Origin: Cyanobacteriota bacterium
GTDB lineage: Bacteria; Cyanobacteriota; Sericytochromatia; UBA7694; JACMQJ01
Reading direction: 5' to 3'
DNA: 41,388 nt
NCBI GenBank assembly: GCA_038060635.1
Contig: JBBTGK010000057.1
Location: 1 to 41,388 of the forward strand
Each line of letters opens with the position of its first letter. Within the stretch, counting starts at the first letter, position 1. A model generated the notes under the pieces. That model worked only from the letters and a program-made list of their open reading frames with translations. It made no database searches and was not told the DNA's origin. Below, one piece after another: positions 35,470 through 41,388 of this stretch. The translations under genes were made by a program, and so were the position numbers.

Positions 35470-36252
35470 ATGGCAGAAGATTTGTTAATAAAAAAATTAG
35501 AGAATAATATTCTTACTATTACTCTAAATCGTCCTGAAGTAATGAATTCTATAAATGTATCAATATTAAAAGAATTAAGGGAATGCTTAGAAAAATCAAG
35601 ATTTGATAGTGAAATAAAAGTACTTGTAATAACAGGAAGTGGAGAAAAAGCTTTTTGTGCAGGTGCAGATTTAAAAGAACGAGCAACTTTATCTGAAAAA
35701 GAAGTAAAAGAATTTATTTTTAACATAAGATCGACTTTTTCATTAATATCCAATTATCCCAAACCAACTATAGCTGCAATAAATGGAATTGCATTGGGTG
35801 GAGGAACAGAACTATCTTTAGCGTGTGATATAAGAATAGCATCAGAAAATGCAAAAATGGGTTTAACTGAAACAAAATTAGCAATAATTCCAGGTGCAGG
35901 TGGAACTCAAAGATTACCAAGAATTATTGGAGTAGCAAAAGCAAAAGAATTAATTTTTACAGGAAGAACAGTTGATTCTAAAGAAGCTTTAAATATAGGA
36001 TTAGTAAATAATGTAGTTTCTTCTGAGTTGTTATTAGATGAATGTTATAAAATGGCTACAATGATTTGCCAAAATGGTCCTATTGCCATAGAACAATCTA
36101 AAAAAGCTATAAATCGTGGAATAGAAACAGATCTTGAAACAGGATTAAATTTTGAATCTGAAGCATATCAATCTTGTATTCCAACACAAGATAGACTAGA
36201 AGGCTTAAAAGCGTTTGCTGAAAAAAGAAAACCAGAATATAAGGGCAAATAA
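35470..36252 (+). CDS. Enoyl-CoA hydratase/isomerase family protein (crotonase; possibly methylglutaconyl-CoA hydratase)
   Basis: 'FCAGADLKE', 'GIALGGGTELSLACDIRIA' and 'ETKLAIIPGAGGTQRLPR' are canonical crotonase blocks. The specific substrate is inferred only from the neighbouring carboxyltransferase. Confidence 0.85.
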   Translation: MAEDLLIKKLENNILTITLNRPEVMNSINVSILKELRECLEKSRFDSEIKVLVITGSGEKAFCAGADLKERATLSEKEVKEFIFNIRSTFSLISNYPKPTIAAINGIALGGGTELSLACDIRIASENAKMGLTETKLAIIPGAGGTQRLPRIIGVAKAKELIFTGRTVDSKEALNIGLVNNVVSSELLLDECYKMATMICQNGPIAIEQSKKAINRGIETDLETGLNFESEAYQSCIPTQDRLEGLKAFAEKRKPEYKGK

Positions 36253-36675
36253 ATGAAAAAATTTTTGTCAATTCTTGAAATGCTCTCTGCTATTTTTCTT
36301 GTAGTTTGTTTTTTTTTAGAAGGAAAACAAACAGGAATTTCAAAAACTGTTGGTTTTGAATTTAATGTGGTTAATGCGGTTATAGCCATCGGAGCATTTT
36401 ATGTACTAAAAACGATGTTAATTTTAGTTGTTGAAATGGCGGATCCTGTTTCTTCAAATTTTCTGAAAAAATTTATAATGTTTTTTCAAATACTAGCAGG
36501 TTTTTCATTAATAGTTTCTGGTTTATGTGATGGTAGAGATACCGTTATAGAAAAGTTTTTTGATGTTGAAATAATTGCAAATCATGGTGTTGTTGTATTA
36601 GGAGTCTATTATGCTTCAAGATCATTAGTTCAGTTATTTTTTGAAGAAGATGGCAAATCTATAGCGGATGTTTGA
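36253..36675 (+). CDS. Small integral membrane protein (about 4 TM), unknown function
   Basis: 140 aa with four hydrophobic stretches. Its ATG directly abuts the upstream TAA (TAAATG). Its stop overlaps the next start (ATGTTTGA). Confidence 0.6.
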   Translation: MKKFLSILEMLSAIFLVVCFFLEGKQTGISKTVGFEFNVVNAVIAIGAFYVLKTMLILVVEMADPVSSNFLKKFIMFFQILAGFSLIVSGLCDGRDTVIEKFFDVEIIANHGVVVLGVYYASRSLVQLFFEEDGKSIADV

Positions 36676-38233
36676 TTTAGATATAATAAAAACTAAAATA
36701 AATAAAAAATCTGCTAGTTATATAGATAATTATAATAAAATGCTTCTTTTAGCTCAAGAACTTGAAGAGGAATTTAATAAAGCACTTTATCAAGGTGAAG
36801 AAAAAATCCTTTCTAAATATAAAAAAGAAAATAGATTAACTCCTAGAGATAGAATTGAATATTTATTAGATAAAGATAGTCCTTTTTTAGAATTATTACC
36901 AATTGCTGGTTGGAATGAAGATTGTTATAAACTTGGTGGTTCAATAATAGCTGGAATTGGAGTAGTTTCAAATAAAATTTGTATAATTGTGTCTCATGTA
37001 GGAACAGTAAAAGGTGGAGCGATAGATTCTGTTACACTAAAAAAAATGCACCGAATTAATGAAATAGCTCAAGAAAATAAAATGTTAGTAATAAATCTTA
37101 TGGAATCTTCAGGAGCAAATCTTACTAAGCAAGACGAAATTTTTAATTATGCAGGAACTGTTTTTAAAGATATTACAAATCGTTCTAAAAATGGTTTAAC
37201 AACTATATCTGGAGTTTTTGGAAATAATGCAGGTGGTGGAGCTTATACAGCAGGAATTTCTGATTATATTGTAATGGTAAAAAAATCATCAAAAATGTTT
37301 ATTTCAGGTTCTGCTGTTGTTAAACTTGCAACAGGTGAAAATACTAGTGAAGAAGAGCTAGGAGGAGCCGAAATGCACTCTATGATTTCAGGTGTTAGTG
37401 ATTATCTAGTTGATAGTGAACATTTAGCTATAAAAAAAATACGAGAAATTGTTTATTATTTAAAATCACCAGAAAAAATACTTGAACAAGAAAATATTAT
37501 TGAAGAACCTTTCTATGATGCTGAAGAAATTTTAGGAATAGTTAGCCATGATGTAAAAATACCTTTTGATGTAAGAGAATTAATTGCAAGAATTGTTGAT
37601 GGTTCAAAATTTTCTGAATTTAAAAAAGAATATGGGGCAACAATTGTAACAGGGTTTGCAAAAATAAATGGTTTTACTGTTGGTTTAATAGGAAACAATG
37701 GTGTTCTTTTTTCTGAATCTGCAAATAAAACAGCTCATTTTGTTCAATTATGCAATAAAAATAATACACCAATAATATTTTTTCAGAATATAACAGGATT
37801 TATTGTGGGTAAAAAATATGAAGAAGAAGGCATAATAAAAAATGGTTCAAAAATGTTAAATGCAATTGCAAATAGTGAAGTTCCAATTATAACCATAATA
37901 ATTGGTTCATCTTATGGCGCAGGTAATTTTGCAATGTGTGGAAGATCTATAAAACCAAGATTTTTATTTAGTTATCCAAATTCAAAAAATTCTGTAATGG
38001 GACCAGATCAAATTTCAGGAGTTTTAAAAATGATAAGTAAAAATGAAAATGATTATGAAAAGTTAAAAAATGATATTGAATTCCAATCTCAACCCTTTTA
38101 TACAAGTGGAAAAATGTGGGATGATGGTATTATTGATCCAAGAGAAACTAGAACTTATTTAAGTATCTGTTTGGAAGTTTTTTCTGAAACCTATTCAAAA
38201 ATTAATAATAATTATGGGGTTTTTAGATTCTAA
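36668..38233 (+). CDS. Acyl-CoA carboxylase carboxyltransferase subunit (methylcrotonyl-CoA carboxylase beta-like)
   Basis: 'LTPRDRIEYLLDKDSPFLELLPIAGW', 'GGAYTAG' and 'AGNFAMCGR' blocks are typical of the carboxyl_trans family. 521 aa. Confidence 0.85.
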   Translation: MFDLDIIKTKINKKSASYIDNYNKMLLLAQELEEEFNKALYQGEEKILSKYKKENRLTPRDRIEYLLDKDSPFLELLPIAGWNEDCYKLGGSIIAGIGVVSNKICIIVSHVGTVKGGAIDSVTLKKMHRINEIAQENKMLVINLMESSGANLTKQDEIFNYAGTVFKDITNRSKNGLTTISGVFGNNAGGGAYTAGISDYIVMVKKSSKMFISGSAVVKLATGENTSEEELGGAEMHSMISGVSDYLVDSEHLAIKKIREIVYYLKSPEKILEQENIIEEPFYDAEEILGIVSHDVKIPFDVRELIARIVDGSKFSEFKKEYGATIVTGFAKINGFTVGLIGNNGVLFSESANKTAHFVQLCNKNNTPIIFFQNITGFIVGKKYEEEGIIKNGSKMLNAIANSEVPIITIIIGSSYGAGNFAMCGRSIKPRFLFSYPNSKNSVMGPDQISGVLKMISKNENDYEKLKNDIEFQSQPFYTSGKMWDDGIIDPRETRTYLSICLEVFSETYSKINNNYGVFRF

Positions 38234-38282
38234 TTATTTATGATAAAATTATCAAATTAAATTGTGTTTGCAAATAAAAAAA

Positions 38283-39596
38283 ATGAAAATAAAAAAAATA
38301 ATTTCGCTTTCGCTATTATTTACAACAATTGCACTTAATTCTGTAATTGCAAAAGATCTAAAACCTCAAAAAAATATTGTATTTGAAACTAAAGATAAAA
38401 ATACGATTGATTTATATAAAAATGTAGAAAAAATATTTGAAGATGTTCAAAAAACCAGAAATTTATTTGCAAAAAAGCCTGTAAAAATAGGTATAAAAAC
38501 TAAAAATCAAGTTAAAGATTTTTTGAGTAAAACAATAAAAACTGATTATCCAGATAAAATGGTAAAAAAAGACTACCTTTTACTTCTTAAACTTGGTCTA
38601 ATAAAAGAAGGATTAAATCTTAAAGAAATTCTTTTAAATTCGTATGCTCAGCAAATTGCAGGTTTTTATGATGAAAAAACAAAATCTCTCTATGTTATAA
38701 ATGAAAAAAGTAATTTAGGACAACTTGAATCTTCCATTGTTATTTCCCATGAATTAGTTCATGCACTTCAAGATCAAAACTTTCACATAAATAAAGTAGT
38801 TAATAAATATGAATTAGATAGTGATAAAGTCTTAGCAAAAATGGCTCTTATTGAAGGCGAAGCAACCTTAGCATCAATGCAATATGTTATGGGAAATATG
38901 GGTTTAAAAACATCTTTTATGCCAAATTTTGGAGATTTAATGAAAAAGAATTTAAAATCTAATACTCCTACTGAAATGAAAGATATTCCAGGTTTTTTAT
39001 CGGAACAAATGTTTTTTCCCTATATAGAAGGGACTAGATTTTGTGAATATGTTTATAAAAAAACAAATAATTGGGATGATTTTAATAAAGTTTATAAAAG
39101 ATTACCAGAATCAACTGAACAAATAATACATCCTGAAAAATATATAAAAAATGAAAAACCAATAAAAGTAAATGTAAAAAAATGGTTTTTGAATGATTGG
39201 AGATGGAATCTTTTGGATTATGATACTTTAGGAGAATTTGCAATTAATAATTGGTTATTAGAATACAATGATCAAAAAACATCAGAAAAAGCTAGTTCTG
39301 GTTGGGGTGGAGATAAATATGCTTTTTTTAGCAAAAATGATAAAGAAAATATTTTTGTCTATAAATCAGTTTGGGATACAGATAAAGATGCTGTTGAATT
39401 TTTCGATGTTATTAAAGATACAATAAAATTAAGATATGAAAATAATTTAAATATAGAAAAAGATAATAAAAATGAGTTTTTAGGAAGAAGTAAAGATGGT
39501 TATATCTATATTTCAAAGAAAAATAAAAATGTAAATTTAGCAGATGGTTTTCCTAAAGATTTTCAAAAAAAAGTTATGAAATATTTGGGTGAATAA
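38283..39596 (+). CDS. Secreted HExxH (gluzincin/MA-clan-like) putative metalloprotease
   Basis: Signal peptide MKIKKIISLSLLFTTIALNSVIA; the start at 38283 is preferred over TTG at 38262. HELVHALQD zinc motif with a downstream Glu candidate in ALIEGEATLA. Confidence 0.6.
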   Translation: MKIKKIISLSLLFTTIALNSVIAKDLKPQKNIVFETKDKNTIDLYKNVEKIFEDVQKTRNLFAKKPVKIGIKTKNQVKDFLSKTIKTDYPDKMVKKDYLLLLKLGLIKEGLNLKEILLNSYAQQIAGFYDEKTKSLYVINEKSNLGQLESSIVISHELVHALQDQNFHINKVVNKYELDSDKVLAKMALIEGEATLASMQYVMGNMGLKTSFMPNFGDLMKKNLKSNTPTEMKDIPGFLSEQMFFPYIEGTRFCEYVYKKTNNWDDFNKVYKRLPESTEQIIHPEKYIKNEKPIKVNVKKWFLNDWRWNLLDYDTLGEFAINNWLLEYNDQKTSEKASSGWGGDKYAFFSKNDKENIFVYKSVWDTDKDAVEFFDVIKDTIKLRYENNLNIEKDNKNEFLGRSKDGYIYISKKNKNVNLADGFPKDFQKKVMKYLGE

Positions 39597-39598
39597 TT

Positions 39599-41314
39599 AT
39601 GAGTTTAATAGAAAATTTTTTAGAAAAATGTAGTGAGTTTGATAATAATATTTCTTATCGTTACCTTGTTGATGGTGAAAATAATGTAAAAAATATTACT
39701 TATAGAGAATTAAAAGAAAGTGCTGAAAAATTTGCAGGTTTTCTTTTAGAAAAATATCAACCTCAATCAAGAGTGCTTTTACTTTTTGATACCAGTTTAG
39801 ATTTTATAATTTCTTTTTGGGGAACAATTATAGCAGGAATGGTAGCTGTACCAGTTCAACCACCATTTAACTTTAAAATGTTGGAAAGATTATTACACAT
39901 AGGAAAAAATGCAGATTCTAATATATTAATAACTTCCCACGATTTTTTGCAACAGCTTGATTCTTTTAAATCTTATTTTGAGCAATTACCAGCAATGGAA
40001 AAATTTTCTGTAACTCAAATTTTAAATGAGAATAAAAAATATGAAATGCCAAATATTTCAAATGATTTTAATGCTCTTATTCAATATACGTCTGGTTCAG
40101 TTGGAAGCTCTAAAGGTGTTTTATTAAGCCACAACAATATGATGAGTAATGTAAAAATGCCTATTGCTGTATTAACAAAAATAAAACCAGAAAAAACAGA
40201 AAAAGATTCTTGTCTCACTTGGCTTCCTCTTTATCATGATATGGGTTTAATTTCGGGAATACTTATGCCTGTTTTTATGGGAATAGAATCAGTTGTAATG
40301 TCTCCTTTAATGTTTTTACAAAAACCTTTTAGATGGATAAAAGCTTTGTCTGATTATAAAAGTAGTGTTAGTGCAGCACCCAATTTTGCTTATGATTTAT
40401 GTGTAAAAAAAGTTAAAGATGAGCAATTAGAAGGTCTTGATATAAGTAATTGGTCTATAGCACTAAATGGAGCTGAATCTGTTAGATACGATACTATAGA
40501 AAATTTTTCTAATAAATTTTCAAAAGCTGGTTTTAGAAAAAAACAGTTTTATCCTGCCTATGGTTTAGCCGAATCAGTAGTTTTTGTTACTGGAAAAAGT
40601 AGAAATGAAGAAGTAAGATTTTTGCAATTAGATAAAACTGCTTTAGAAAAAAATAAAGTTGTTTTAAGTGATGTTGAAAAAGATAGCTTAAAAATATTAG
40701 GTTTAGGATATACATGGGAAGATGCAGAACTTGCAATTATTAATTCTGAAACATTAGAACTCGTTGGAGAAAATGAAGTAGGTGAAATTTGTGTTTCTGG
40801 TAAAAGTATTGCAAAATGTTATTGGAATTCTGATGAAGAAACAAACAAAGTTTTTGATACTAAAATAAATTCAACTGATGAAAAATACAAAGATAAAACT
40901 TTTTTAAGAACTGAAGATTTAGGTTTTGTATATGATGGTTTTTTATATATGACAGGAAGATTAAAAGATCTTATAATAATTAGAGGTAATTCATACTACC
41001 CTCAACATATAGAACAAACTACCGAGAAATCTCATGAAAGCTTTAGATTAGGTAATTGCAGTGCTTTTTCTATAGATGAAGATAATGAAGAAAAACTAGT
41101 TATTATTCAAGAAATAAAAAAAGATATGTCTATTTCTAATTTTGATGATTTGGTAAATTTAGTTAGAAAAAATGTTACAGAAACACATGCAATATCTCCT
41201 TATAAAATAGTTTTTGTTAAAACCGAATCTTTACCTAAAACATCTAGTGGTAAGTTGCAAAGAAGATTATCAAAAAAAATGTATCTTAATAATGAATTTA
41301 GTTTTTTGAATTAA
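39599..41314 (+). CDS. Fatty acyl-AMP ligase (FAAL-type adenylate-forming enzyme)
   Basis: AMP-binding motif YTSGSVGSSKGV. Also 'WLPLYHDMGLI' and 'AAPNFAYDLC' blocks characteristic of FAAL/FadD32-like enzymes, and C-terminal 'SSGKLQR'. Confidence 0.85.
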   Translation: MSLIENFLEKCSEFDNNISYRYLVDGENNVKNITYRELKESAEKFAGFLLEKYQPQSRVLLLFDTSLDFIISFWGTIIAGMVAVPVQPPFNFKMLERLLHIGKNADSNILITSHDFLQQLDSFKSYFEQLPAMEKFSVTQILNENKKYEMPNISNDFNALIQYTSGSVGSSKGVLLSHNNMMSNVKMPIAVLTKIKPEKTEKDSCLTWLPLYHDMGLISGILMPVFMGIESVVMSPLMFLQKPFRWIKALSDYKSSVSAAPNFAYDLCVKKVKDEQLEGLDISNWSIALNGAESVRYDTIENFSNKFSKAGFRKKQFYPAYGLAESVVFVTGKSRNEEVRFLQLDKTALEKNKVVLSDVEKDSLKILGLGYTWEDAELAIINSETLELVGENEVGEICVSGKSIAKCYWNSDEETNKVFDTKINSTDEKYKDKTFLRTEDLGFVYDGFLYMTGRLKDLIIIRGNSYYPQHIEQTTEKSHESFRLGNCSAFSIDEDNEEKLVIIQEIKKDMSISNFDDLVNLVRKNVTETHAISPYKIVFVKTESLPKTSSGKLQRRLSKKMYLNNEFSFLN

Positions 41315-41388
41315 TATCAAAATAGATTATTCACGCAGCGACTGTGATAAAAGTCAATAGATAAAATAAAAAAAATTCTAAAAAATTT

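Noticed and set aside
5750-37698. Short track ORFs lie antisense to or nested within long genes: 5750-5983, 8154-8345, 12490-12672, 15611-15862, 21891-22103, 24281-24529, 24618-24821, 25422-25622, 31650-31907, 34820-35179, 35424-35753, 36168-36389 and 37513-37698.
   Set aside because: Each lies opposite or largely overlaps a motif-supported gene. They have low-complexity, Phe/Leu/Ile/Ser-rich translations typical of AT-rich antisense frames, and no SD.

Overview
This is a low-GC, gene-dense bacterial chromosomal segment; hand-counted 100-nt stretches give about 29% G+C. It uses the standard genetic code: TAA, TAG and TGA all terminate well-supported genes. Many starts carry strong GGAGG-type Shine-Dalgarno (SD) sites. 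I support about 45 protein genes and found no rRNA, tRNA, CRISPR array, transposase or integrase. Lineage cannot be assigned from sequence alone.

Recognisable content, in order:
- hbd and an SDR dehydrogenase.
- A translationally coupled cheW / HEAT-repeat / cheR mini-operon with no cheA or cheY.
- mutS.
- A vapBC-type toxin-antitoxin pair next to a stand-alone S24-like peptidase domain.
- An autoregulated ECF sigma operon: sigma, an anti-sigma with three tandem HxxxCxxC modules, and an LTXXQ periplasmic protein.
- A fused mannose-1-P guanylyltransferase/PMM-like gene and an acyl-CoA dehydrogenase.
- A CIRCE-controlled hsp20.
- A CgeB-like glycosyltransferase and a CHASE2 adenylate cyclase.
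- A 2OG-Fe(II) oxygenase and a secreted alpha/beta hydrolase with an embedded EF-hand loop.
- A peptidase-S51-like gene broken by one in-frame TAA.
- A protein made of six MshEN/T2SSE_N-type 24-residue motifs.
- A MurD-like ligase overlapping a PP-loop-like gene outside any cell-division (dcw) cluster context (candidate MurD2/MurL).
- An MlrC/M81-like peptidase and two methyltransferases, one compositionally foreign.
- smpB and tpx.
- An enoyl-CoA hydratase / small membrane protein / carboxyltransferase unit, an HExxH secreted protein and a fatty acyl-AMP ligase.

The most unusual signals are absent from, or mis-represented in, the ORF track:
1. Two tandem, SD-preceded 17-codon paralogous peptide genes (MDSYMFNRFINSGLFFK and MDSYVFNRFINSGLSFR) lie between hsp20 and a proline-rich protein gene, closed by an intrinsic terminator.
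2. A 62-nt element occurs twice in inverted orientation (9770-9831 and 30813-30874), with paired substitutions that preserve a hairpin.
3. The anti-sigma factor is an exact 73-residue-period triplication.

All functional calls rest on motifs read by eye. No database search was run.
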